Shown piece by piece: positions 43,287 to 57,347 of a DNA stretch of 64,000 nt. Position numbers and translations under genes: made by a program. The stretch comes from the human T2T-CHM13v2.0 reference genome, Homo sapiens. The notes below the pieces were generated by a model, which saw only the letters and a list, made by a program, of their open reading frames with translations, ran no database searches and was not told the origin of the DNA. The stretch lies in the NCBI RefSeq assembly GCF_009914755.1, contig NC_060927.1; one strand, 5' to 3'. The first letter of the stretch is position 1. Every line of letters starts with the position of its first letter.

Positions 43287-44639
43287 GAAATATGCTTCGT
43301 AGAGTTTGTAACTTGATTGATGTACATAGGCAGAACATTTTATTTTATCTTTCTACAACCCTGTAAAGTAGTTCTGGTAAGAGTTATCATTTTTTCAGGC
43401 TCCAGGGGTTGAAGTCAACTGTGCAGAATCAGACAGCAAATTAATAGCAGATGGTATTTAAACCTGGTTTCTAAAAGTTGAGTTCATGGTTCTCTTCACT
43501 GCCTTACTCTACTCATAATTTTGGAGATAACTTATAGCTTTAGAACTTTCTATAACAGTTTTACTTAGCCATGGTTTAAGGACATTTTATAAATCTCAGG
43601 AAACTCACACTTCTGAGCAATGTCTCCTAAACTGACAGTGATTTTACATCAAATGGAGGATGTTTGGAGCTCTAAAAAGGAATTAGAACTCAGTGTCTGC
43701 ATCAGTGAAAACTTGCAGTATTTGGAAAGATTCTCCCAAGTAGTGTCAACATAAGACTTCAGGTTGAACCATCTGCTTGGCTGGAGGTTGGGAATACAGT
43801 TTTTTATACCTTTACTCATAGACTGGTTCTCACATTAATGTCTTCCTCTAGTAGTGCTTTTGTGTCAACTTACCAACATCTATGATATATCCTTATGCTG
43901 TCTGATGCTTTCTGTCAACTTGAAGGTCATGCACAGTTAAGATTCTTTCTTTTTACATGGAGCTGCAACCATACATTTCTGGGTCTCCAATTCTACCTGG
44001 TTCTCAAATGGGACATTGCTACTCTTTATAAGCAGGCATGGACATATTATTTTGATCCAGAATGGAAAGCTTTGCACACCATTTGTCACTTCCCCAGTGG
44101 TGGCTCTCCTCACCCATCACTGAGATCACCAAAAGGTAACTTCCTAGAGTGACATATAAACCTTGTCTTTCAGCCACAGATTGTACTGAATACTTGGTGT
44201 GTCTCTAGTGGTTTGCCTTTTGGAAGAGCTCCTAGATCCATAGGTATTCAGACAGCTCAGCGTGACTTTCTGCAGTTGCATTGAGAGTGCCCCTATTGCA
44301 CACTATACAGATTATTGCCTATTGCTTTATCCAGACATCTCATAATTATCTGTTTGTAGATCTGACTCTTTCACAGACAATTACTCCTTAAGGGAAGAAA
44401 TTGTATTTGCAGGTTGCTTTCTACTCTCCACCTCTCTGTTTTCCCCAGCACAGTACTTGGCCCAGAGAAGTTTCCCCCAAAATGTGTTTGAATTAATCAA
44501 TTAAATGTAGCACTCTTTTATGCCATTTAGAGTTGCACTAGGGAGGTTAATGTATGTCACATAAGAAAAAGGGGGAGTACCCAAGTTCAAGACATTCTTA
44601 TATGCAGAATTAATTAATTATGCAAATCAAATCTACAAC

Positions 44640-46913
44640 CATATTAGTCCTTTTTCACACTGCTGGTAAAGACACACATGAGACTGGGCAATTTATGAAA
44701 GAAAGAGGTTTAGTGGACTTACAGTTCCATGTGTCTGGGGAAGCCTCACAATCATGATGGAAGGCAAGGAGGAGCAAGTCACATCTTACATGGACGGCAG
44801 CATACGAAGAGATAGAGTTTTTGCAGGGGAATTCCTCTTTTTAAAACCATCAGATCCCGTGAGACTTATTTGCTATCATGAGAACAGCATGGGAAAGAGT
44901 TGCCCCATGATTCAGTTACCTCCCACTGGGTCCTCCCATAGCATGTGGGAATTCAAGATGAGATTTGGGTGGGGACAGAGCCAAACCATATCATTCCACC
45001 TCTGGTCGCTCCCAAATCTCATGTTCTCACATTTCAAAACCAATCATGCCTTCCCGACAGTCCCCCAAAGTCTTAACTAATTCCAGTATTAACTCAAAAG
45101 TCCACAGTCCAAAGTCTCATCTGAGACAAGGCAAGTCCCTTCCACCTATGAGCCTGTAAAATCACAAGCAGGTTAGTTACTTCCTAGACACAGTGGGGGT
45201 ACAGGTATTGGGTAAATACAGCCATTCCAAATGGGAGAAATTGGCCAAAACAAGAGGGCTACAGGCCCCATCCATGTCCAAAATCAAGCAGGGCACTCTA
45301 CTCTTAAAGTTCCAGAATGATCTACTTTGACTTCATGTCTCACATCCAGGTCACACTGATGCAAGAGGTAGGTTCCAATGGTCTTAGACAGCTCCATCCC
45401 TGTGGCTTTGCAGGGTACAGCCTCCCTCCCAGCTGCTTTCACAGACTGACATTGAGTATCTATGGCTTTTCCAGGTGCACAGTGCAAACCGTCAGCGCAT
45501 TTACTATTCTGGGGTCTGGGGGAGTGACCATCTTCTCACAGCTCCACTAGGTGGTGCCCCAGTAGGGATTCTGTGTGGGGACTCTGGCCCCACATTTCCC
45601 TTCCACACTGCCCTAGAGGAGTTTCTCCATGAGAGCCTCACCCCTGCAGCAGACTTCTGCCTGGACATCTAGGCATTTCCATACATCTTCTAAAATCTAG
45701 GCAGAGGTTCCCAAACCCCAGTTCTTGACTTCTGTGTACTGGCAGGCTCAACTCCAAGTAGAAGCTGCCAAGGCTTGAGGCTTGCACCCTCTGAAGCCAT
45801 GGCCTGAGCTCTATGTTGGCCCCTTTCAGCCATGGCTGGAGTGGCTAGCACACAGGGCACAAAGTCCCTAGGCTGCACAAGGATGGAGACCCTGGGCCCA
45901 GCCCACTAAACCACTTTTTCCTCTTAGGCCTCCCAGCCTGTGATGGGAGGGGCTGCTATGAAGACCTCTGACATGCCCTGGAGACATTTTCCCCATTTTC
46001 TTGGGGATTAACATTTGGCTTCCCGTTACTTATCCAAATTTCTGCAGCCAGCTTGAATTTCTCCTGAGAAAATGGGATTTTCTTTTCTATCTCAGTCAGG
46101 CTGCAAATTTCCCAAACTTTTATGTTCTGCTTCCCTTATAAAACTGAATGCATTTAACAGCACCCAAGTCACCTCTTGAATGCTTTGCTGCTTAGAAATT
46201 TCTTCTGGCAGGTACTCTAAATCATCTCTCTCAAGTTCAAAGTTCCACAAATCTCTAGGGCAGGGGCAAAATGCAACCAGTCTCTTTGCTAAAACATAAC
46301 AACAGTCACCTTTGCTCTAGTTCCCAACAAGTTCCTCATCTCCATCTGAGACCATCTTAGCCTGGACCTTATTGTTCATATTATTATCAGCATTTTAGTC
46401 AAGACCACTCAGCAAGTCTCTAAGAAGTCTCAAACTTTCCCATATTTTCCTGTCTTCTTTCGAGCCCTCTAAACTGTTCCAACCTCTGCCTGTTATCCAG
46501 TTCCAAAGTTGCTTCCACATTTTTGGGTATCTTTTCAGCAGCACCCTACTCTACTAGTACCAATTTACTGTATTCATCCGTTTTCACACTGCTGATAAAG
46601 ACACACCTGAGACTGGGCAATTTACGAAAGAAAGAGTTTTAATGGACTTAGAGTTCCATGTGACTGGGGAAGCCTCACAATCATGGTGGAAGGCAAGGAG
46701 GAGCAAGTCATGTCTTACATGGATGACAGCAGACAAAGAAAGAGAATTTGGGCAGGGTAACTCCTCTTTTTAAAACCATCAGATCTCCCGAGACTTATTC
46801 ACTATCATGAGAAAGACTAACTCCCATGATTCAATTACCTCCCACTGGGTTCCTCCCACAACACATGGGAATTCAAGATGAGATTTGGGTGGAGACACAG
46901 ACAAACCATGTCA
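44640..46913 (-). mobile_element. Complete THE1A MaLR element (LTR-internal-LTR)
   Basis: LTRs at 44640-44993 and 46569-46913 (ggacttacagttcc, ggaaggcaaggaggagcaagtcac), internal region of ~1.58 kb, and 5-bp TSD acaac at 44635-44639 and 46914-46918. Confidence 0.93.
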
Positions 46914-47534
46914 ACAACTTTGGAAGCCAACTACTATGGTTAATTTTACATTTTAGTTAGGAATTCATAAGCTTGCATAATTGGTGTGTCCATTCTGAAA
47001 ATTTTGTATCATTATTCTTACCTATTAATCCTCAATAGTATCTGCAATGAAGAACTCTTGCTGAGCAGTAAGTCAAAGAAGATGAAACTAATAAAAGTGT
47101 CTGCTTATACATGCATACCCCAACTTTCCAAGCTCATAACTTAAAAAAAGTAGTCCACATTAAAACAAATATCTGACTAACATGTTTTAAACAGTTAATT
47201 TAGGATTAAATTATAAAGCCCTCTGCTAACCTGTGGGAAAATGGACCTTCATGTATTCTACTGAAACTTAAATTGGTATAACATTAGATATACCATTAGG
47301 TTGGGGGAGGAATTTGGCCATGTATACCAAGATTCATAAATCTTTGATCCAGCACTCCCACTTCTGGAAATTTATACTGAAAAAGAAATTAAGGCTTATA
47401 AAAAGTTTTACCTACAAGAACCCTCAGTGCATAGTCATTATAAAAGTATGTAAAAAGGGAGCAACATGAATAATTAACAATAGAAAGTAAATAATAGAAC
47501 CTTATACAGTCACTATTATGTCATTATAGGAATT

Positions 47535-47758
47535 TATTTATTTATTTCCAGCTTTATTGAGGTATAATTGACAAATAATAATTATATATCTTTATGGTGT
47601 ACAATGTGATGTTTTGACATATGTATACATTGCAAAATGATTACCTCAATCAAGCTAATTAACATACCCATCACCTCACTTAGTTATAATTTTTTGTTTG
47701 TGGTGAGAACATGTAAGATCTATTCTCTGAGCAATTTTCAAGTATAAGAAAATTATTA
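47535..47758 (-). mobile_element. L1MA 3' end fragment
   Basis: cagctttattgaggtataattgacaaat...aatcaagctaattaacatacccatcacctcac. Confidence 0.85.
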
Positions 47759-47820
47759 ACTAAGTAGAGTAGCAACTACTACTACTAGTGGAAAACAGGC
47801 TTGGAAACAGAGTGACTTTT

Positions 47821-48894
47821 TATCGGGGAACCTGCCCCAGTAGTCACGTAGGTTCTTTTCCATTTTCCCTAAGCGTCAGCCAGTTTGAGAAATAAAGGGA
47901 CAGAGTACAAAAGAGAGAAATTTTAAAGCTGGGCGTCCGGGGGAGACATCACATGTCGGTAGGTTCCATGATGCCCCGCAAGCCACAGAACCAGCAAGTT
48001 TTTATTAGGGACTTTCAAAAGGGGAGGGAGTATACGAATAGGTGTGGGTCACAGAGATCACATACTTCACAAGGTAGTAGAATATCGCAAGGCAAATGGA
48101 GGCAGGGCAAGATCACAGCACCACAGGACCGGGGCAAAATTAAGATTGCTAATGAAGTTTCGGGCACCATTGTCATTGATAACATCTTATCAGGAGAAGG
48201 GTTTTGAGAGCAACCAGTCTGACCAAAATTTATTAGGCAGGAATTTCCTCTTCCTAATAAGCCTGGGAGTGCTATGGGAGACTGGGGTTTCTTTCACCCC
48301 TACAGTTTTGATCATAGAAGACGACCACACCCAAGGGGGCCATCTATAGACCCACCCCCAGGCACATATTCTCTTTCCCAGGGATGTTCCTTGCTGAGAA
48401 AAAGAATTTAGTGATATTCCTCCCATTTGCTTTGGAAAGAAGAGAAATATGGCTCTGTTCCACCTGGCTCACCAGAGGTCAGAGTTTAAGGTTATCTCTC
48501 TTGTTTCCCAAACATTGTTGTTATCCTGTTCTTTTTTCAAGATGCCCACATTTCATATTGTTTAAACACACATGCTCTACAATTTGTGCAGTTAACGCAA
48601 TTATCACAGGGTCCTGAGGGGACATACATCCTCCTCGGCTTACGAGATGACAGGATTAAGAGATTAAAGTAAAGACAGGCATAGGAAATCACAAGGGTAT
48701 TGATTGGGGAAGTGATAAGTGTCCATGAAATCTTCACAATTTATGTTTAGAGATTGCAGTAAAGACAGGTGTAAGAAATTATAAAAGTATTAATTTGGGG
48801 AACTAATAAATGTCCATGAAATCGTCACAATCCATGTTCTTCTGCCATGGCTTTAGCCAGTCCCTCTGTTTGGGGTCCCTGACTTCCCACAACA
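47821..48894 (-). mobile_element. MER11 (MER11C-like, HERVK11) solo LTR inserted in a MIR
   Basis: Ends ggggtccctgacttcccacaaca, the reverse complement of the MER11 start; 1074 bp long; 6-bp TSD actttt on both sides; the MIR core continues at 48901-49090. Confidence 0.92.
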
Positions 48895-49978
48895 ACTTTT
48901 GATGAACTTAGAGCTCTATCAGTTACTAACCGTGTGACCCTGGGCAAGCTCCTTAACCCTCTGAGGTTCAGTCTCTTAATCTGTCAAATGAGGATAATTA
49001 GAGTACCTGAACCATGAGGCTATGATGAGTTTGCAATGAGCCAATGCAGATAAAACCATGTGCATAGCACATGCAAGTGCTTCATAAGTATTGCCACCAT
49101 TGTCAATATTGGTATCCTTTTATGTATCAAGTGTAAAAGGCAGTTTACGAAACAACACTGATAGCATAACTCCATTGTTTAAGTAGAAAAATGATATTAT
49201 GTCCAGATAAATATAGAAAAAGTCTGCAAGTATATACAGAAAAATTATTTACTTTCATTTTCCCTGCATAGTGGGCTTAAGGGAAGATTTCTTTTTCCTT
49301 CTTTTGCTCTTATGTGTGGTCTACAACATAATAAGAAAAATTAAATGAGGCCAAATAATTATTAAGATCAATCTCTCTAAAGGAACATTTAGCAAAGCTG
49401 TAGCTCTCTGCCTGTGTTATCACTGTTGTCCTCATTAAAATCTTCCCGTACCGTCATCATCAAGGCCACGTATCCTGCAGTTGGCAATGTTAGACTGATT
49501 ACCTCTATGTTCTTCTTATTCCTCTGCCCTTGTGCTTCTGCCATCCCCTGCATGGTGTACATCATACACATTTATTAAGTATCTATTCTGTTCAGAACAC
49601 TCAGTGTTAGCAGTGGGGGTGAGATTCGCAACAGCAGAGCGGATGGGATCTTACCTAGTGGAGCTTATAGTTCCCTTGGAGATAAAAGGCACTTACCTTG
49701 GCGTGCGTGTATTGTTTCATCTTGTTGTGGAAGTCTGTCTGTCCCAGTGGGTTTGGTGGTTAGGCAAAGCCTGTTAAGGAGGTAGGAATGAGTTAGCTCA
49801 ATATCCTTATTTGGTGGACTTTAAAAACTAAGTGCATTTTCATGTCCTACACATACAGTGATCTCTGACCTGGATGTAGTCCTTCTAAGAACCTTGTGTC
49901 ACTATTATCTTTGATGGGTTTTTTCTTCTATGATTACTTGCTTATCTGTCACCTTTGAAGGTGCCAGCTTGGGTAATC

Positions 49979-50293
<315 letters not shown>

Positions 50294-51740
50294 TGAAACA
50301 ATATTTACGACATTTTTTTTTCCTGTCAGTCCTAAGGATTATCTACGTGCAAAGCAAAGAACACTAGAAAATGTAGAAAGTTATAAAAAAAGAGAGTAAG
50401 AATAATCCAGAAGCCAGTGAGCCAGAGATAATATTCGCAACATTTTGCAGCATGTGTTTCCAATGCATATGTGCATTGGATGAATTATTCTACATCTTTT
50501 AAACCTTCTCCTTCCAGAGATAAGCCCCCTTTAACATTTTAATATGTTACTTTCTAACATTTTTCTTTGCTTATTTGTATATTTTTCAGGATTTGAAAAA
50601 CCATATGGTATGTATAGCTTAGGACCCTACTTTTTCACAAAGCATTATTCTGTAGATTTTTATTTGTCATTTAATTGTCTTTAAAAATATGATTTCCAAG
50701 GATTGTATTATACTCCATGATAGATGTGCATACCTCATGTGATACAATAAGAACCTTTAATTTTAAATATTTCCAATTTAAATTTGATCCTTAAGTCATT
50801 AATGCTTCTACTAGGCTCTAAGCTTTAGGCAGCAAGTTATTTTTTAAAAATTTATCTTTGTAGTTGTATAGTCAATAGACAAAGATAAAATCTTTGTTCT
50901 ATGTGAGATAAACACTAAATGGAAGTTTTCACTATGTAAAAAATCCAGAAAGCTATGACTGGGTTATTTCATAAACTGGAGAAAAGTCAATGATGACCCG
51001 AAATGTTGTGATTGGTGAGGGTGAGAGGGGAATTTTTCTTGGATTGACCATGTCTAGCTGGAAATTTGCCCAGGCTACGAAGGCTGGTCCTCTCTGAAGT
51101 GCTGATCTCATTGCTGGGAGGGAACAGCTAATGAAACCAGACAGAAAGTCCCTACCATTCGATGTTTTTTTCCTTGTTGAATTAAAACAAAACAAAACAA
51201 AAAACCTAGTAACTTGTTTTTTCTGATTTCCTACCCTTGGTGCTCTTAAAGACGCAATTTTCTGCAAACATTTAACCATGAACTAGCACCTTTTGACTTA
51301 CAGTAGGATAAAAATGATAAAAATAAATATATTCCGGCTCTTTTAGTCTTATTGATTTGGTATTTGACCTGTTTTATAAATGACCTGTAAGAGCTCCATC
51401 TTGTATTAGAATGAGGGCTCCACACCAGACCTGAGTAGATTCCTAGACCAGCATAATTAGAGAGAAAATTGAGATGGGGGCAAGTAGTTCAGTATTCTCC
51501 TAGTACATATGAAAAAAAAAAAGATAGCTAGAGAAGAAATGGATTAATGGATTATACTTGAACCTGGATTTCCTGATGCCTACTTCTTCAGGAATTCCCC
51601 ACTATCGCTAGATTTCATATATTCTGCTCACAATTGTTCAGATTCCTCTAGCATAGATTCAGTCAATTATTAGACTTCAAACTGTTTTGAAATCCTATCA
51701 TATTTTCTAGGCCTTTAGATTCATTTGTTCATCTAAAGTG

Positions 51741-52372
<632 letters not shown>

Positions 52373-54096
52373 TCATCTAATTCTTATACTGTCCTGTAAG
52401 ATGTGTGGATCTACTTGACATTTGAGAAAACTGAGGCTGAGGGGTTTAAATTGCCACTCAAACTCAGGTAGCTGGTAAGTTGCAGAGCCCAGATTCAAGC
52501 TCAAGTCCTTCTGACTCCAAAGCTTTCTCTAATATGCTGGTCTATTTTGTGATAAAGGTATTGATTGCATGAAATGAATCAATTTTTATCTGAATTGCTT
52601 CTTACCCATTATCTTCTGAAAGCGTTGACGTAATTAATTCTCGAAACATTTGTGTCTTTGAGTTGTAGTGAATAATCTTGATATATCACCCACAATGTTG
52701 TATGTAAATCAAAAGTAAAGACATATTTCAGGCTCCAACGGAGGAAGTTATAATAAGTTGTCTGGTTCAGCAACTGATTGGCTGAACTCCCAAATGGAGT
52801 GAAAGCTCAAAAACTGAAAACAAGCAAGAATTGAACTTCTGCAGAAGTCAAAGAAATAAAAAGAAAAGATAATTGAAAAAAAGAAAAACTGTTCAGTGCA
52901 ATATAAGTAATGTTACCTCTACTAGGGAACAGATGCATTTCAAGAAACACTGACATCAGAAAATTCATTCGAGAGTTAACAGACGTGAGTACCTTTAGGG
53001 ATGTGTGCTGGGACATGGATTCCCTTTGGCCAGGCATTTTCTTTTGACCTCTTCTCAGAGAAAGGTGAGTTATGCTATGACTTCTAGCCCATTTGGCACA
53101 ATGAAAGAGTAAAGGTGGAAAATATTTTACTCTGTTTTGTTTCAGACCAGCATTTTTGAGCCTGGCTTGTGTTGGGGCCCAAGTTCTAGGTCCGATGGGT
53201 GTGGAATCACTCGTCTGGATAGCCTGCCTTTACTATCCTGTCTCCCAGCCCTATGTTTAAAACAGTCACTGCCATCCTTCCCTTTTCCTCCTCCACATCA
53301 CTTGCTGTAGTCTTTTGCTATAAGACTAGAACTTCTGCCAAGCCCTGTCCAGTCCATCTATAACTAAGGGCTTTGTTCTCAGATCTGTTCATTGGAAGTG
53401 TACTGGGCTTATCTCTAAGCAAACATTCCTCCCTCCCTCTTCCCTCATATAATTTACATAACAGGTTTGTAACTTCTTGGCCTGCATAGCACTTTCATAA
53501 CTTCTTGTAAGATAAGCCTTGCCCAAGAGACACTGTCTGTCTCCATTCCTCAGAACTTCTTTTGACTTTTTTTCCTGTATGCAGCCTTTGCATATCAGTG
53601 GGCAGATAAAAGTCATTGACCAATAACCCAGTTATCTGCGTACAGAAAATAGTCTCTATTTGGGCATTAATTTTCATCTTCTCCTGACTTTTACTTTTGG
53701 AGATTTTCTGAAGGCCAAACTTTAATACATTTCGTTTACAAAATAAAATAGTTTTTTCCTTGATGGTGAAAGAGAAATCTGTAATGAAAATGTAGGCACC
53801 TTTTAGATTTTTGAGTATTTTTACTGGAACAAATGCTGTTTTTTTCTTATTTGTTACTTTTTATAACATTTGCATTGTAAAAAATTAGAAAATATAATTT
53901 TAAGACAACCTATAATCCCATTACCTAGAGAAAACTAATGTGAACATTTTCGTGGATAACCTTGTAAATGTTTTTTTATACATATCTATATTTTATTTTT
54001 GTAAAAACTACGATCATGCTATGTCCTTTTTATAGCTTGATTTAAAAAAAATGCCATAGATATCTTTCTATTGTATTTGTACAACGTTAGTTATAA

Positions 54097-54189
54097 TGGT
54101 TATATAATATTCTACCTAAACTACATTTAGATAGTTGTCAATTGGTTATATAATATTCTACCTAAACTACATTTAGATAGTTGTCAATT
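54097..54189. repeat. Perfect 46-bp tandem duplication
   Basis: tggttatataatattctacctaaactacatttagatagttgtcaat twice (starts 54097 and 54143), within AT-rich old L1M-like sequence. Confidence 0.97.
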
Positions 54190-57100
54190 TTCTGATATTA
54201 TAAATAAAATAGAATTGTTATTTTAAAAAAATTGGAATAAGGGATATACTTGGATTTGCCCCTGGGAGATGATGAGTAAAAAAAAAATCTGGCTGGAAAG
54301 GTCACTTATTTCAAATGATTCCTCTCTTTTCACATGTACAAGTACACCAGAATAGCTTGTGATAATATGCTGGCTTGCCCCATTTATGTCATGGGACATA
54401 AATCTACAGTTAGATAACATTATTAGTTATGCAAAGGAACGTTCTTCAAGATACCTATCCCAGACGGGGTGTTGAACTAGCACATGAGGCCTCTCCTAAA
54501 TTGAAGATTCTATATTCTGTCACTTCCAAATGGAGAGTTAGTTTTAGCTACTCTCTATAGCATTTTCTAATAAGTATATCCACTGATTATGCTTTAGTGG
54601 GAGAATTACAGAGATTCACTGTCAAACACTAATGGCGTTTGAAGCCTGACATTACCTATTTTAGATGGGATGCAGGAGAAGAAATAAGGAATAATATGAA
54701 GTAGAAATAGATCTGATTATTATAGACTGGCTATAGCCCATTTAAAAGGGAAGATAGAGCTTCTCTCATAGTTAACAGGGAATACATTTGAGAGTCGCAT
54801 CATTTAGGTGATCTCTTTAAGCACTATACAATGTCACCAATGAAGTTCTTAGATACAGAGATACTGCCAAACACTAATGCTGTGAACTAACCCACTTCTG
54901 GTGAAACCTATATCGAAAGAAAACTCTAAGGAATAGTCAGACTTATCCATTCACTTGAATTTCTCTGTTCACAAATAGGACATATTATATAAGCCACAGA
55001 TGTTCTTTCACTGCCTTTATGTTCTGAAAAAATTCTCTAGAGGCAAGAATTGACATAGTAAGCATGTTCACAGGTGATGTGGGCAGCATCAAATTCTGGC
55101 CCTGTGAGCTTCAGTTTCTATCTGGTCTCCTTGGTCTTCTGGGAAGAATTGACACATCCCTGGTCTAAACACATCGCCTCTCCTCCCTGTCACCCCCCAC
55201 ATCTTGCCAATAATGTTAACTTCATCAAGATAGATAAAAGGTTTCCCTCAAATCTCTGGGCAGCCTCACTTTCTCTTTGGCATACTTTAGGAACTGCCAG
55301 CAGCCTCTGCACAGAAATTATTTTATTTTATTGCCTCCTACGTCTATGATAAGAATGCTAATAGCTCTTCACAAGATGCAGGATCAAGATACTTCATCAT
55401 CTACAAAGTACTTTCACAACTTTTTTCATTTAATCTTCACAAAAATTGTGTAGAGTAAGCAGGCCTGGCATCAATGTGCATATTTTTATAGATAAAGAAG
55501 TTGAGAGGTATGATTACAACATACATGTACATTTAATATATAGAGATGGCATTACCAACCACTCTTCATAATGAGTTCTTTCATTAATCTTTCCCTGATC
55601 CATATTCCTACTCCCCTCTTAGCTGCTTTGTGATTGAGTCATACATTTACAGAAAGGCTGATCAAAACCAAACATTATCCCTTTGCAATGAGCCGGCTTT
55701 GAGATAAATATTCACAGAAGCAAGGAAATGCGAATATCACAGGTAGGTCTTTTAATTTTCTCAGGACATTTACTGTCTATTCTGGCTAATTTTGGTCATT
55801 GCTTATTCAGTAGTTGTAGCAGTTCACACGTAAATATACATGTATTCTTACTTTCAAATATGACCATATTTATACACATATGGTCATATATAATTTTATT
55901 TTCATATGTGCACATATCTTTATTGTTTTGTTTTCTTATGGAAATATAGAAAAATAAAGAGCTATTTGTGACAGATGTTATCGTTCTTCATCAGTCTTTT
56001 ATCTAACTGCCTTCAGCAAGACAATATGAAAGTATTTTTTAATTTTCATTCTTTAGCATTCTGAACTGTCCACTTTTATTAAATCATCTTAGAATGAATC
56101 TGAATGTCATTTTTAAAACTACTTTCCTCTTCCCACATTTGTGCTCTGACCTTTATTACTTTAATGAGAGCTACCCCTATTGTTCTAGCTCTTTTGCCTT
56201 TTCTCTCTCCCTGGATGGAGCTCTCTGGATCTATTTAAATCTTCCTGGCATCTTGTAGAACAGGCTGAATTCTAGGTGGTAACATCCTAACCCAGGTGGA
56301 GTGGAACTGGGTCAAAGTAGCCTTAGAATGATATTATTTGGATGCCTTCTTGCATCTAATTATTTTCTCAGATTTGGTGTCTTGTTTAGCATTCAGCATT
56401 TTGGGAGCTTAATGTATATATTTCATCATTAAAACACAAATTATCCTTCAGTTACAGCCCCACAAGATGAGAAGTTAGCCACATCTATTTTTAAGACCTG
56501 GGCTCTCCTTCCTGGTCTTGTTCCACCCCTTTTGAATGCCTACTCCTGAATATTGCCCATTGGTTTAGATTAAGCCTCTTCTCTAGTTCCTTTATACCTA
56601 GATCCTCTTTCAGGGAAGACTCTGATATTCGTCACTTACTTCTCAGGATGGTTTCAGGCAGAAGCAAATGATTCCTTCTTCTGTCTGTCTCTAGTGATGC
56701 AAACATCTTCTGTGAAAGACATTATAACTGAACACACTGGGCTGCACAAAGGCTTACAGATTTTGTGGGGATCCAGGAGGGACAAATCGGGGCACAGGAA
56801 GCTCACCAAGCTCACAATTTACCCATGGAGCCCAATCATAGGCAATAACTAAATAACTGGTTGACAGAAGATCATGATGCCTGAGAGCATAGAAAAATTG
56901 CATTTCTAAATTGCCATTCATGTTACATTTCTGAGAACTGTTAAGTTTGAAGCCAGGTTTAGAAGAAAGGATTTCAAATCTTCTCTTGTCAGTTCTAGTT
57001 TCATAATACCTGAAGAGAGAGACTCTCTTAGCTAAATTCCCTTTGCATTTTCTGTCGTGGAAGCTCCATGTAGTAAAGATATTTATTACTGATTCATTTG

Positions 57101-57347
57101 TTCAGCTAATACATAATGAATGCTTTCTATGTGCTCTACTTGGTGCTAAGGATACCATAGTAAATAAAACCTGGTCCCTAACATCAAGGAGCTCATGTAC
57201 TAGTGAAGAGGATGTGAAAGTTAAGGCAAGCTAACAGGTAGTTGTAATGCAGTGTGATTAGTACTCAGTAGGCAAAAATTGAAAAGAGTAAAACTTAAGG
57301 GACATGAATTAGAAGGTCTTTATAATGATCCTCAAGAGATCAAATAA

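Noticed and set aside
44754-45878. ORF cluster suggesting retroviral genes
   Set aside because: They are short fragments within the THE1A LTR and internal region, with no intact gag/pol motifs.
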